Shown here one piece after another: positions 8,001 to 17,227 of a stretch of DNA of 28,061 bases. The stretch spans positions 1 to 28,061 of IMG/VR virus record IMGVR_UViG_3300033076_001272. One strand, written 5' to 3'. Origin of the DNA: a virus (Duplodnaviria; Caudoviricetes). How positions within the stretch are numbered: the first letter of the stretch is position 1; the number at the start of each line of letters is the position of its first letter. The notes beneath the pieces were generated by a model. The model saw nothing but the letters and a program-made list of their open reading frames with translations. It had not been told where the DNA came from and made no database searches. The position numbers and the translations under genes were made by a program.

Positions 8001-10122
8001 TTGTGTTAGTTGATACTGATAATATTTTTGCATTAATTCCATCAACTCCACTTGCTCCTGCAACTAATCTATTAATTGTAAATCTTTTAATAAATGGTTG
8101 AGAGGATTCTACTTCAGTTAGTGTATATGTAATTCTATCTACTATAATATCTCCACTTTGTGATGGATGATTATGCAAAGAACCTGTAAAATCAGCAATT
8201 GTTAATGATCCCGATAAACTATATAAATTTTCACCATAATTATGTAAAGCTCCAGGATATACTTTACCCGCTGCATAATATGGATTTAAAGAATTACTTC
8301 CGGTTGGTATTTCATATCCACCCGTATCAAATGCTTGAGAAGTAATTAATAGATTACCTAATATTCTATTTTTAGTTCCAGTGATACTAATTTGTTGATC
8401 AGTAGGATATCCTTCTAATGATGATGAGAAATTAAAAAATTGTTTATCAACATCTATAATAATATTTTTATCAATCAATCCTATATTACCACTTTGAAAT
8501 GTTTGTGGATATGTAGTTGTAATAGGAACATAATTATTATTGATATCAAAAAATTCAAATTTAAAATCAAATGTTTCTCTTTCTAAATTTCTATTAACTG
8601 GAATAATAAATTGAAATTCATCTGGAGAAAATCCAGGTTCATGTGAAGCCTGTAATCCAATTGATCCAACATGCCAATATGAATTAGGTGTTGTATTATT
8701 AGATTCAAAATGAAGTGTCCAATTATCAGTTATAGAAGGATAGAAATTATAACTAACTTTATTAGCACTTCTTCTTTCGTTTGAACCACTTAATATATCA
8801 ATACTCTGAGTTAATACATAATTAGCAATTCCACTTCCACTTTGTTCAGTAGAAGTTAAATATACCTTTAATGTATCTAATTTATCATTAGAAGATGTAT
8901 CGTAATAATTATAAAATTCTAAAGTATATTCACTACCACTTTCTAAACGAATATCATTTCCTATATTAGAAGATAATCTATTATTTTGTAATTTTACAGC
9001 TCTATAAATTTTAGAAGAATCTAATATATTACCCGCATTACTTTGTGTTACCCAAAAATTATTCCAATTTTTTCCACCTTCATATGATGAACTAAAATAC
9101 CCTATATTAATATTTGATCCAGATACGATAGAAGTTAATAATTCATATGAACCAACTCTCGTATCTTGAATAACTTCGTAATCTACATTTGATGATCTAG
9201 ATTTTTTAAAAACTTTTATTCTTTCTACATCACCAACAAAAGTTTGTAAATAGTTAATTTCAAATCTACCAAATGAACCCAATATAGATGATGCTACCGG
9301 ATTACTATTATATTGATAAGTTAATGTATATGATTTTCCACTAAAATTTGATATTATACCATTATCATCCGTATATGGTATTTGTATTATTAAAGTTCTT
9401 TGATTAAGATATTCTAGAATTTCTATATCTTGTAATGATGTTCCCGTTATAGATATTCTACTTGCTCCATCTACAAAATCAACACTTTCATTTTGAATTA
9501 AATATTTTATACCACCTCTATATCCTTTATAAGTCGTCCCTTCGGTTGGAGTTAATGCTATACCTCTAACTGTTCCGTTTGTTTGAGTATCAGTTGTTAA
9601 ATCTCTTGAATAAAAACTTTCATTTAATTCTTCAATAATTACTTGAGGTCTTCTAGAGAATCTTATTCTAGATTCATTTGGAATATTTTTATTGATTTTT
9701 ATATCCCTTTCCCACTTAACATTATAAACTCCTTTCCAATCATCTGGTACAGGTTGAACAAATCCGTTATCATCAACATATGTTTCTAATTCTCCTAAAA
9801 TAGTAATTTTACCAATACCAATTGGAGTATCTTGATAAACATGAACTGAAATGAGTTTTGATAACCCTTCATAATATTCAGGAATACCATTACCGGGTTC
9901 AACATATAATGGGTTTCCTTCCGTATCTAATATTTCAATTTTAACTTCGGTAGATGGTTTTAAATGTATAGAACCTTCTATCAAAAATCCATTTTTTCCA
10001 GATGTTAATAAATCCGATAATTCGGAAATTTTAAAATACTCTGATAATGGATTCGTATCCACTAAGAATGTTTGGAAACTTGTTAAATTTAAAAGAGGGG
10101 AAGTTTTTTTAATTTTTGCCAT
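5002..10122 (-). CDS. Long tail fibre protein with C-terminal peptidase S74 intramolecular chaperone
   Basis: SSDKRLKENI...GVIAQE...AVRYEKIVPLLIQSIKEL at the C-terminus; collagen-like (GXY)6 at 6646-6702; Ser/Thr/Gly-rich body. ATG at 10122 (MAKIKK) preferred over the TTG at 10143. Confidence 0.85.
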   Translation of the reverse strand: MAKIKKTSPLLNLTSFQTFLVDTNPLSEYFKISELSDLLTSGKNGFLIEGSIHLKPSTEVKIEILDTEGNPLYVEPGNGIPEYYEGLSKLISVHVYQDTPIGIGKITILGELETYVDDNGFVQPVPDDWKGVYNVKWERDIKINKNIPNESRIRFSRRPQVIIEELNESFYSRDLTTDTQTNGTVRGIALTPTEGTTYKGYRGGIKYLIQNESVDFVDGASRISITGTSLQDIEILEYLNQRTLIIQIPYTDDNGIISNFSGKSYTLTYQYNSNPVASSILGSFGRFEINYLQTFVGDVERIKVFKKSRSSNVDYEVIQDTRVGSYELLTSIVSGSNINIGYFSSSYEGGKNWNNFWVTQSNAGNILDSSKIYRAVKLQNNRLSSNIGNDIRLESGSEYTLEFYNYYDTSSNDKLDTLKVYLTSTEQSGSGIANYVLTQSIDILSGSNERRSANKVSYNFYPSITDNWTLHFESNNTTPNSYWHVGSIGLQASHEPGFSPDEFQFIIPVNRNLERETFDFKFEFFDINNNYVPITTTYPQTFQSGNIGLIDKNIIIDVDKQFFNFSSSLEGYPTDQQISITGTKNRILGNLLITSQAFDTGGYEIPTGSNSLNPYYAAGKVYPGALHNYGENLYSLSGSLTIADFTGSLHNHPSQSGDIIVDRITYTLTEVESSQPFIKRFTINRLVAGASGVDGINAKILSVSTNTNQFIYEPTGPSLKPIGQTIIFSVKKQNLISGSLTYSKTAGAPPLQLLSTDIDGITTYQLTGSAYAYSLGEMSYYFTGSDEFSNEYYDLVKITPVMNFDGVSVVLTNEATSFPASSSGVVNSGYLSLGNGSVSVRVGSNIIPFVDGNASANSFDIQSVVGTNCTPISTSPSTNSYGISAIDANSDSASLNLTIKYLAGDNQTSASFSKLVSYSKAKKAAPVLELSIANNNQSSDAKSTGVQITPFQTASLLVREIYDGSTNIRSLSGAIIIASSSGLYTGITSNTPNTINLPNLPSNLDSVEVYVTRSVSDSEGSTRYVYGGISLTKVKKAAPSVLLTATPQTQTVAATSQSVQTGTLQTVALEALEGTSSVFNSASILSSNFTGASISTKTLTLGTIANGVPAASASIGINYTDSEGTSASKTINVSAVKAIAGVTGASGSAGAPGSNGTNGLRTAAGMVHYQLTSTTAPSGPTATSYTFSDGTFSGLTTNWGTGAPTYASGNSNKYWYATYTAVETSAGSGVGSVTFGTPTQAIGFSGLVSFTAANNVSDGSNTLSFGVAGTTLINGSNISTGKIISTNYSAGTPYTTAGTILDLDNGRFATKTFYVDSSGNGGFKGTLEAANGSFTGTLVAAGGTFSGDVTAAGGKIGGWTIDSSSIYVPSAISLNSSAKTITIADTSGVPRVNFNTNSSLSSRSVGSPTTVSGTSANNTGTFNPGNFDRTLGTMVSVLNRTYNITTTFTEANGTTALTITSGTPNTIDVWSQILLNDGVTTSVVAEYKDGITFGSSVTWAAINGKVVSLSLLGNGNTWTIYQRFKWTYQGMTYFSANLYNQPAVSVTLAGANSFVEVIAGGVQVSRDASTYVVMDRAAGSGTMLEVGGAITATGNITAYSSSDKRLKENITPIENALDKIDKIDGVEFDWTDEFIDKESGGKGEDDFHFRKHDVGVIAQEIQSVLPEVVAKRPDGYLAVRYEKIVPLLIQSIKELKTQIEELKKNR

Positions 10123-10145
10123 TATTTGTATATTATTATACAAAA

Positions 10146-10171
10146 ATAAATATTCTTTATATCTATTTATA
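10146..10171. promoter_or_regulatory. Divergent pair of (A)TATTTAT motifs
   Basis: ATATTTAT on the minus strand (10146-10153) faces the fibre gene; TATTTATA on the plus strand (10164-10171) faces the RHH gene. Confidence 0.55.
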
Positions 10172-10180
10172 GGAAAAATA

Positions 10181-10207
10181 CTAAAGAAAACTAAAGAATG
10201 ATAAAGA
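10181..10207 (+). promoter_or_regulatory. Three (C/A)TAAAGA direct repeats at 10-bp period; putative RHH operator
   Basis: CTAAAGA at 10181, CTAAAGA at 10191, ATAAAGA at 10201; inverted copy TCTTTAT at 10154-10160. Confidence 0.5.
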
Positions 10208-10383
10208 AATCAGAACGATATGCTATGTTACAACTCCCAAAAGAGGTTCATACTGCATTAAAAGACTATTGTGATGAGAGAGGTTATAAAATGAGTAGGT
10301 TCGTATCTAATCTAATTAAAGAAAAAATACGAACCACTACAAAATCTAGAAATATACTGCCGGCGGAAAGAGTTAAAATTTAA
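10198..10383 (+). CDS. Ribbon-helix-helix DNA-binding protein (CopG/Arc-like)
   Basis: YAMLQLPKEVHTALKDYCDERGYKMSRFVSNLIKE strand-helix-G-helix pattern; fills the gap between two minus-strand genes. Confidence 0.7.
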   Translation: MIKKSERYAMLQLPKEVHTALKDYCDERGYKMSRFVSNLIKEKIRTTTKSRNILPAERVKI

Positions 10384-13300
10384 CGGAACTAAATCCATTA
10401 TCTTTTTTAATTTCTAAAAGAGTATCCACCACATCTCTCATAGAATCAATATGTGAAATTACAATCACAAATTCGAATTGGGTTTTTAGATAAGCAAACG
10501 CCATAAATAGAGATTGCAAATTCTCACTATCCAATGTTCCAAATCCTTCATCAATTACTAAGAAGTTTGGTCTAGGTAAGTTACATATATTAATCAAAGC
10601 AACTCTAATTGCCAATCCACTAATAAACTTCTCCATACCACTACACATCTCCAACGGCCACTTTCTATTATCTCCATAATTGATATAAGCATTAACATTC
10701 TTACCATCCATTTGTAAGTTCATACTGAATTCCACAATCTGACCTAAGATATTGTTAATTTCTCCTTCAATAGATGGAAGAGTTTTAGAAATCAATTCAT
10801 AAGATATACCATCTCTCTTAACTGCATCTAAATAATAATCGTATAATTTATTAGTTTCCTCTAATTGTTTTACTTTAGCAATATTATCCTCAATAGTTTG
10901 CTTTTCTTGCTTCTCTTTTGAAATTTTTGTATTAAGTGATAGGATTTCATCTCCCATTCTTTTTATTTCTTTCTTAACACCTTCAATGATTTGCTTTGTA
11001 TCACTAACCTCTTTACGAAGTTTCTTATTAGTTTCAATTTGCTCTTTGTTTCTATGATACTCTTCAATATTAGCAGTTGAAGTAGTTATACCATCTTCAC
11101 AATCTCTGATATCTAATTTAGTTTTAGAAATTTGTTCTTTAATTCTACTAACCAAAGTTTTAGAATCATTTATTTCTTTATGTTTAGATTGGTATGATTT
11201 GTAAGCATCTTCAATTCCATCTAATATTTGTAAAGTTTGTAAAATACCATTTACATCATCTAAGGCATGCTCCACAGTTTCTTCTAATTGAGGTAAAGAT
11301 GTTTTAGCATTCATTGCATCTTTTACAAATGCGTTGTCACAACAAAATTCACAATTAGGATCGTATTTATGATTATCTAAATGCTTTATTTTTTCTATCG
11401 CAGAATTTAAATATATTTTTGCATTTGAATGAACTTTTTCTGCTTCTACTAAATCCGCTTTTTTAGATTTATAATCATTATAAGCATATTCTACATCAAC
11501 TTCATCATTTCCTATTGTAAATTTAGATAAAGTTTTTTCTTGCTCTACTAATTGTAATACAATTTCTTCAGCCTGTGTAAGCTGAGTTTCCATCTTTTCT
11601 AACTTACTATTATGAGTTTCCAACGATGAAGTAAATGAATTTAATTTATTAGTTTCTTCTTCTAAATCTAATGTAAGAGTAGTTTGTATAATCTGTGATT
11701 CTAAACGAGATAATTCTCTTTCTATTGAAGTTTTATCCGCTTCTAAATCATCTTTCTTATCAACTAATTCATCAAATGTTTTAGCATCCTCTTTAATAGA
11801 TGTTTCTAAATCTCCTAATTTTTGTGAGAAATCATCTTTCTTGAAATTCTTTAATAAAACTGCGGCTTCTTTATTATCTTCATTTACAATATCAAACAAC
11901 TTATCAAATACATTTACACCGATATATTGTGCAAGAATATCTTTTCTATCCGATTGTGATTTATCAATGAATAAAGCATTATTTCCTTGTAATGATAAAG
12001 ATGTCATTACAAAATCTTCATAAGTGCCTAAATACTTTCTGATGATATCATTAGTATCTCTACGTTCTTCTCCGTTAAGAGATTCTTCTATTCCATCAAC
12101 TATTCTATAAAAATTAACATTAACCTTTACATTTCCGGATTTTGTGGTATGAGCATCTCTTTCGATAAAATAATTTACACCATCAATTTCAAAATTAAAT
12201 TTACAATTGAATGTATCTTTTTGATTATTCATTATATGAGTAGCTTTAAAAGCTCTACTACATTTATCAAATATACAAAAAGAAAGTGCATCAAATAAAG
12301 AAGATTTTCCTTGAGTATTTGGTGCAAATAATCCTATAATACCCTTAGCATTATCAAAATCAATCTTATTATTTTCTCCATAAGAAAACATATTACTGAA
12401 TTCAAATGATTTAGGAATCCATAATATGTTATCAGTATCTTCATGCGTAACTCTTAAATTAGCCGCATTATTTATCTCAATAACTTTATTAATAGTTTCA
12501 TCATCTAAAAGAAATTGTCTTTCTAAATATTCTTTAATTAATCCATTTTGAACATTTGGATCTTTAACATTACCTGCTAAATTTCTAGCATTTCTATTTT
12601 TTGATTTAAGAGAATTTAAAGTATCCTGTTTAGTAATAGTGATTTCATTTACTTTAAACATTTGTTGCAACTCTGCTGCAACTACTTTAATATCACTAAC
12701 TTCGGTATCAGAAAAACGAACTCTTAAACGAGGTTGTTTTGGCAGTTTAATATCAATTTCATCTCTAACCCATTGTGGAATAATTCCATTATTAACATCA
12801 ATAGTCAAATAACCATAATCATTATGAATATTGAATTCTTCAAATGTTTCTTTTTCTACATCCCATAAAAGATATCCATGATTTTCTAAATATTCTCCGT
12901 GATTTTGTTGGACAGTAGAACCTGCATAAACTACAATAGGTTTTCCATTTGCTCTATCTCTCTCCTGAACAACTTGTCTTTTATGAATATCACCCATCAA
13001 AACCATATCAAACCCATCAAACATATCGGGAGTGAAATTATTAGATGAAACTACATAACCGATATCAGTTCTCGCAGCATCAACTGGTCCGTGAAAGAAA
13101 CAAATCTTTTTATTTCCTTCAACATCTTTACCTTTAGGCCAATTTTCTTTTTTATCTAAAATTGAATAGACGGTAAAAGTGATATCATCGGTAATTTGAT
13201 ATACACCCGTATCTCTTAAATAAACTAAATTAGGAAGTGAAAGATTATCACAAATTGGAGTAAGAACATCCAATCTATCTTTATTGTTAAGATTACAATC

Positions 13301-13567
13301 GTGATTACCAGTAATTACAAATGTAGGTCTTCTTTTAGCACATTCAGTAAAGAACCATGTGATTTCTCTTACCAATTCGGGAGACATTTCAGTTTTAGCA
13401 TGAGCAATATCTCCTGCTAAATAGATTATAGAATCTTCTAAATTTTGAGAATCTACATCTTCTAAAAATTTGTTTAATACTTCTCTATACTCCTTATGTC
13501 TTTTAAGATTACGGATATGCAAATCCGCCAAGTGATAGATGTATTTAATTTTTTCTAACTTGATCAT
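10373..13567 (-). CDS. Fused Mre11/SbcD nuclease - Rad50/SbcC ATPase
   Basis: Phosphoesterase motifs ADLH, AGD, GNHD, FHG, GDIH; variant Walker A FAPNTQGKSS; Q-loop SLQG; coiled coil with CEFC zinc hook; signature CSGMEK; Walker B/D-loop VIDEGFGTLD; H-loop ISH. Confidence 0.92.
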   Translation of the reverse strand: MIKLEKIKYIYHLADLHIRNLKRHKEYREVLNKFLEDVDSQNLEDSIIYLAGDIAHAKTEMSPELVREITWFFTECAKRRPTFVITGNHDCNLNNKDRLDVLTPICDNLSLPNLVYLRDTGVYQITDDITFTVYSILDKKENWPKGKDVEGNKKICFFHGPVDAARTDIGYVVSSNNFTPDMFDGFDMVLMGDIHKRQVVQERDRANGKPIVVYAGSTVQQNHGEYLENHGYLLWDVEKETFEEFNIHNDYGYLTIDVNNGIIPQWVRDEIDIKLPKQPRLRVRFSDTEVSDIKVVAAELQQMFKVNEITITKQDTLNSLKSKNRNARNLAGNVKDPNVQNGLIKEYLERQFLLDDETINKVIEINNAANLRVTHEDTDNILWIPKSFEFSNMFSYGENNKIDFDNAKGIIGLFAPNTQGKSSLFDALSFCIFDKCSRAFKATHIMNNQKDTFNCKFNFEIDGVNYFIERDAHTTKSGNVKVNVNFYRIVDGIEESLNGEERRDTNDIIRKYLGTYEDFVMTSLSLQGNNALFIDKSQSDRKDILAQYIGVNVFDKLFDIVNEDNKEAAVLLKNFKKDDFSQKLGDLETSIKEDAKTFDELVDKKDDLEADKTSIERELSRLESQIIQTTLTLDLEEETNKLNSFTSSLETHNSKLEKMETQLTQAEEIVLQLVEQEKTLSKFTIGNDEVDVEYAYNDYKSKKADLVEAEKVHSNAKIYLNSAIEKIKHLDNHKYDPNCEFCCDNAFVKDAMNAKTSLPQLEETVEHALDDVNGILQTLQILDGIEDAYKSYQSKHKEINDSKTLVSRIKEQISKTKLDIRDCEDGITTSTANIEEYHRNKEQIETNKKLRKEVSDTKQIIEGVKKEIKRMGDEILSLNTKISKEKQEKQTIEDNIAKVKQLEETNKLYDYYLDAVKRDGISYELISKTLPSIEGEINNILGQIVEFSMNLQMDGKNVNAYINYGDNRKWPLEMCSGMEKFISGLAIRVALINICNLPRPNFLVIDEGFGTLDSENLQSLFMAFAYLKTQFEFVIVISHIDSMRDVVDTLLEIKKDNGFSSVKF

Positions 13568-13583
13568 AGTATATTTCTTAGTG

Positions 13584-13615
13584 TAAAGATACGAAATAAA
13601 TCGGATATATCCAAA
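13584..13615 (-). promoter_or_regulatory. Bacteroidota-type -33/-7 promoter
   Basis: Coding strand TTTG-GATATATCCGATTTATTTCG(20 nt)-TATCTTTA upstream of the Mre11-Rad50 start; one mismatch to TAnnTTTG. Confidence 0.7.
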
Positions 13616-13795
13616 TTATTTTTTATCTTTTTGGGAGTTAGCATACTCCATTAGCTTTTCTTCTAAGTAACTGATTGATTCTGAGGAGCCTTCGTATCCC
13701 ATATATTTTGCATATATTCTTATTCTATCTGGATCCTCTTTTAATTGTTTTTTTAAATCTTCTAATTTAGGCAGATGTGCCGTTATGTATGTCAT
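13616..13795 (-). CDS. Hypothetical 59-aa protein absent from the ORF track
   Basis: MTYITAHLPKLEDLKKQLKEDPDRIRIYAKYMGYEGSSESISYLEEKLMEYANSQKDKK; ATGA overlap with the cupin stop; fills the gap exactly. Confidence 0.75.
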   Translation of the reverse strand: MTYITAHLPKLEDLKKQLKEDPDRIRIYAKYMGYEGSSESISYLEEKLMEYANSQKDKK

Positions 13796-14163
13796 ATTAA
13801 ATCGTTTGGAGTATTTTTATAAATTCTATAACTATCGGTATCAAAATGTTCGGTTGAAACTTCAAATACTATTGATTCAGGTTCTAATGCTATTAATTGA
13901 TGCGGTTTGCCTCTTTCAATATAAACAATATCCCCTACATTAAGAATTTCTTTAACTAATGTTGCAGTTTCAGTATTAATCCAATGAAATTCAAATGCTC
14001 CTTTTTGTATATACCATGTTTCATTTTTAATCATATGGTAATGCATTGAAAATCTATTTCCTTCATTTTCAAATACTAAAAGTTTTCCACAATATTGAGA
14101 ATCATTATGAACCCATTTTTCATAACCCCAATTTTTATTTACTATTATAGGTTTAAGTGCCAT
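13792..14163 (-). CDS. Cupin, mannose-6-phosphate isomerase (type II C-terminal)-like
   Basis: KNWGYE, FSMHYHMIKNETWYIQKG, IERGKPHQL, FEVST. Confidence 0.75.
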   Translation of the reverse strand: MALKPIIVNKNWGYEKWVHNDSQYCGKLLVFENEGNRFSMHYHMIKNETWYIQKGAFEFHWINTETATLVKEILNVGDIVYIERGKPHQLIALEPESIVFEVSTEHFDTDSYRIYKNTPNDLI

Positions 14164-14165
14164 AA

Positions 14166-15224
14166 TTAATTACTTAAAGGTGCTTTAATTTTTGGATGTG
14201 ATTGATAATCATTTAATTCAAAACAATCTGGTCTATATGATAATATTTTTTCTTTAAATGTTTTTTCACCTAAACGTTCTTTAACTAATTGATGTTGATA
14301 CCAATTTCTTTCCGTAATTGTAATTGTTGGTAAGTCATAAGGTTCTCTATTGATTTGTTCTTTTGCCTGTTCAATGTGATTGGAATACAAATGTGTATCA
14401 CCTAAGTTACCAATTAATTCATCGGGTATCATATCTACTTCCTTTGCAATAATTTCTAATAGTAATGCATATGAAGCAATGTTAAATGGTAATCCCAAAA
14501 ATGTATCTACACTTCTCTGATTCCACATTAACGATAATGCTCTATATTTACCAGGATTTACTATCTTTTCATCTCTTGTAGTTGCACGAGTATAAAGTTG
14601 AAATCCATAATGACAAGGTGGTAAAACCATTCCATCCAATTCACCCACATTCCAAGCTGATACCATCAACCTTCTACTATCGGGATTTGTTTTTAGTTGT
14701 TCAATTACATCTTTAATTTGATCTATACCTGGATTATGAATTGTAATAAAATCATAAAATCCATCATCACCTTTATTAGAACTCAATTCAGTATGAATCG
14801 TTCCTCCCCAATCTCTCCATTGCTTACCATATATAGAACCTAAATCTCCCCATTTATTTTTGAAGTCTTCATCTGTTTTAATTTTTTTAATAAAATCTTC
14901 TTTTGTTAATTGGGTTTCATTACCAAACCATTCCGTCATTTTAGATTGATAATTTTTATAAGCATCTCCATCCCAAATGTGGCAATCATAATCTAAAAGA
15001 AATTTAATATTTGTTTCTCCTCTTAAAAACCATAGTAATTCAGTTACCATAGTTTTCCATGCCATCTTTTTTGTTGTAAGCAAAGGGAATCCCTCACTCA
15101 TTTTATGTCTAATTTGTCTTCCGAATACTGATATAGTTCCAGTTCCGGTTCTATCACTTTTTTTGACTCCGTTATCTAAAATATCTTGTAATAAATTTTG
15201 ATATTGTTTATCTATCGTATTCAT
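14166..15224 (-). CDS. thyA: Thymidylate synthase
   Basis: DRTGTGT, FPLLTTKK, ELLWF, PDSRR, LPPCH, QRSVD..LGLPFNIASY, GDTHLYSNH. Confidence 0.97.
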   Translation of the reverse strand: MNTIDKQYQNLLQDILDNGVKKSDRTGTGTISVFGRQIRHKMSEGFPLLTTKKMAWKTMVTELLWFLRGETNIKFLLDYDCHIWDGDAYKNYQSKMTEWFGNETQLTKEDFIKKIKTDEDFKNKWGDLGSIYGKQWRDWGGTIHTELSSNKGDDGFYDFITIHNPGIDQIKDVIEQLKTNPDSRRLMVSAWNVGELDGMVLPPCHYGFQLYTRATTRDEKIVNPGKYRALSLMWNQRSVDTFLGLPFNIASYALLLEIIAKEVDMIPDELIGNLGDTHLYSNHIEQAKEQINREPYDLPTITITERNWYQHQLVKERLGEKTFKEKILSYRPDCFELNDYQSHPKIKAPLSN

Positions 15225-15226
15225 AC

Positions 15227-15604
15227 TTAGTTTATTTTTAATCTTTGTTTATTTTCTCTATCTAATTGTTTTGAATATCGTTCTCTCATACCAACTATAC
15301 GATGAAAATCTTTATAGGCAGATAAATGATAATCTTTTAAATAAGATAATCCAATTTCATATTCCGAAATAATATCTTCATATCTTTGTTCTTTTGAATC
15401 AAATTCAACTTCATTTAACTGCATTTCAGTTTGCAATGAATCAATTACATTTTCTAAAGAATCTCTTTTTTGTAAAGATGTTAAATAACTTTCTTCCGCT
15501 TTTGTTATAGTTTCTTTATTGTAATTCACATTCAATCCAACTATAATAATTCCCGTTACTAAAGTTGCAAATAATCCAATTTTTAATGATAAATTTTCAT
15601 CCAT
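15227..15604 (-). CDS. Hypothetical membrane-anchored coiled-coil protein
   Basis: N-terminal hydrophobic segment IGLFATLVTGIIIVGL followed by heptad-rich DSLENVIDSLQTEM. Confidence 0.6.
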   Translation of the reverse strand: MDENLSLKIGLFATLVTGIIIVGLNVNYNKETITKAEESYLTSLQKRDSLENVIDSLQTEMQLNEVEFDSKEQRYEDIISEYEIGLSYLKDYHLSAYKDFHRIVGMRERYSKQLDRENKQRLKIN

Positions 15605-15605
15605 A

Positions 15606-16532
15606 TTATAATGATAATTTTAATTTTATTAAATCTTCAAATGATGAAGTTGTATTTGTTTCAATTTGTTTTGTAACTTCTATAAATCCCATTTCAGATG
15701 GATCCTTTCCATTAAGAGTTATTATCTTACAATCAATACCATTGTTAGTTAGATACTGATAATGTTTAACCGCATCACCCATAGCATCTTTATCCAATAC
15801 AATATTAACCGATGGTTTCTTTGTTAGTATTTTATCACTTAATAATTTTGGAAGTGTTTTACCAAATATAGGAACTGCATTTCTTTTAATAGCAATTGCA
15901 TCAAATGCTCCTTCACATAAAGTTATAGGAATATCCCAATTTATAGTTGAATCAAATCCTATAATATTTTTACTAACAGGAGGATTTTTATATTTCATTG
16001 TTTCATTCGGATATATACTTCTTGCTATAAAGAAATTCAATCTACTATCACAATCATAAGAAGGTATAATAATTCTACCTTTATATAATCCACTATCACA
16101 ATATCCTATTCTATGTTTAAGAATATCACCATCGTTTATACCTCTTTTTTTAAGATAATTGTATGCAACTTTATATTCAATAATGTGTTGATTATCTAAT
16201 ATAGTTTTGTATTCAGTTGGTAATTTTAATTCAATTTGTTCTTCATCTTTTACATCACCTCCAATATTAGCTTCATTGTAAATTGTATTAACTTTTACAA
16301 TTACATCCCTATCAACCTGAAGTTTTCTAAGAAGAGTATAAATCTTTTTTCCTTTTGAATCACATACCCAACATCTCCACTTTTGAGATTCTAAATTAAC
16401 TTGCAATTTTGGTTTGTGATGAGAACAGAATGGACAGTAGTATTGAATTTCATCTTTACCTAAATTTCTACCTCCGCCCAAAACTTCATCAATTTTGGTT
16501 TTTACATATTGTTTGTCTATCTCAGAAACCAT
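15606..16532 (-). CDS. dnaG: DnaG-type DNA primase
   Basis: Zn finger CPFCSHH...CWVC, YLKKRGI, GRIIIP, KYKNP, TOPRIM motifs CEGAFDA and LDKDA, KDPSE. Confidence 0.88.
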   Translation of the reverse strand: MVSEIDKQYVKTKIDEVLGGGRNLGKDEIQYYCPFCSHHKPKLQVNLESQKWRCWVCDSKGKKIYTLLRKLQVDRDVIVKVNTIYNEANIGGDVKDEEQIELKLPTEYKTILDNQHIIEYKVAYNYLKKRGINDGDILKHRIGYCDSGLYKGRIIIPSYDCDSRLNFFIARSIYPNETMKYKNPPVSKNIIGFDSTINWDIPITLCEGAFDAIAIKRNAVPIFGKTLPKLLSDKILTKKPSVNIVLDKDAMGDAVKHYQYLTNNGIDCKIITLNGKDPSEMGFIEVTKQIETNTTSSFEDLIKLKLSL

Positions 16533-17223
16533 AAAATTCTTTTAACCAATTTATATACCAAAAATTTCCTTCATTATTAAAATGAATATCCATAGGTGAC
16601 ATAAAAAATTGAGCATGATTTGATTTAATATAAGATTGAACACTTTGATGACCATAAAATGTAATGTGTTCTGAATTTACATTTATTAAATTATCATCAA
16701 AATCATTTGAATAAAAAATGTAATCAAATTTTATATTCATTAAATTAGCAAACGCTTTTAAAGAATTCAATTCAACTAATAAATCATTCAATATGTTTTT
16801 TTCATTATTATTTAGAAATGTTCCTAAATATGGTCTATATATCATATCTATCAAAACATCATCCTCTGGTCCGCATGGGTATAATGTATAATACTCATTA
16901 TCTTTGAAAAGTTCTTTATCGGCAAATTCTATTAAAGGAGGATGATATCCATAGGTTTTATCTAATGGTATTTTAGCGGGTTTATTTTCGGTATAATAAA
17001 CCAACATTCTACTAGATACGGTCAATTGAACGAAAATATTTATATCATCTTCCGATTTTATATTTTCTTTGCTAAGTTTAGTTAATTTTTTCTTAACTAA
17101 TTTTAAAATATGGTCGTTTGAAAGTGATGAATGTGAATTAAACTCAATAACATCTCGATATTTTTGTTTAATATAGCCATTGAAAAGGCTAAATGAATCG
17201 CCAAAAAGATACACTTTTTTCAT
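16522..17223 (-). CDS. SGNH/GDSL hydrolase-like protein
   Basis: N-terminal LFGDSFS and C-terminal MDIHFNNEGN. Confidence 0.6.
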   Translation of the reverse strand: MKKVYLFGDSFSLFNGYIKQKYRDVIEFNSHSSLSNDHILKLVKKKLTKLSKENIKSEDDINIFVQLTVSSRMLVYYTENKPAKIPLDKTYGYHPPLIEFADKELFKDNEYYTLYPCGPEDDVLIDMIYRPYLGTFLNNNEKNILNDLLVELNSLKAFANLMNIKFDYIFYSNDFDDNLINVNSEHITFYGHQSVQSYIKSNHAQFFMSPMDIHFNNEGNFWYINWLKEFYGF

Positions 17224-17227
17224 ACTT

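Noticed and set aside
14166-15224. ThyA as a dCMP hydroxymethylase feeding glycosylated-base DNA modification
   Set aside because: It retains the dUMP-specific Asn (PFNIASY) and all canonical folate-binding motifs.
15227-15604. Spanin or holin call
   Set aside because: There is no adjacent lysis gene or recognisable lipoprotein partner, and it sits among replication genes.
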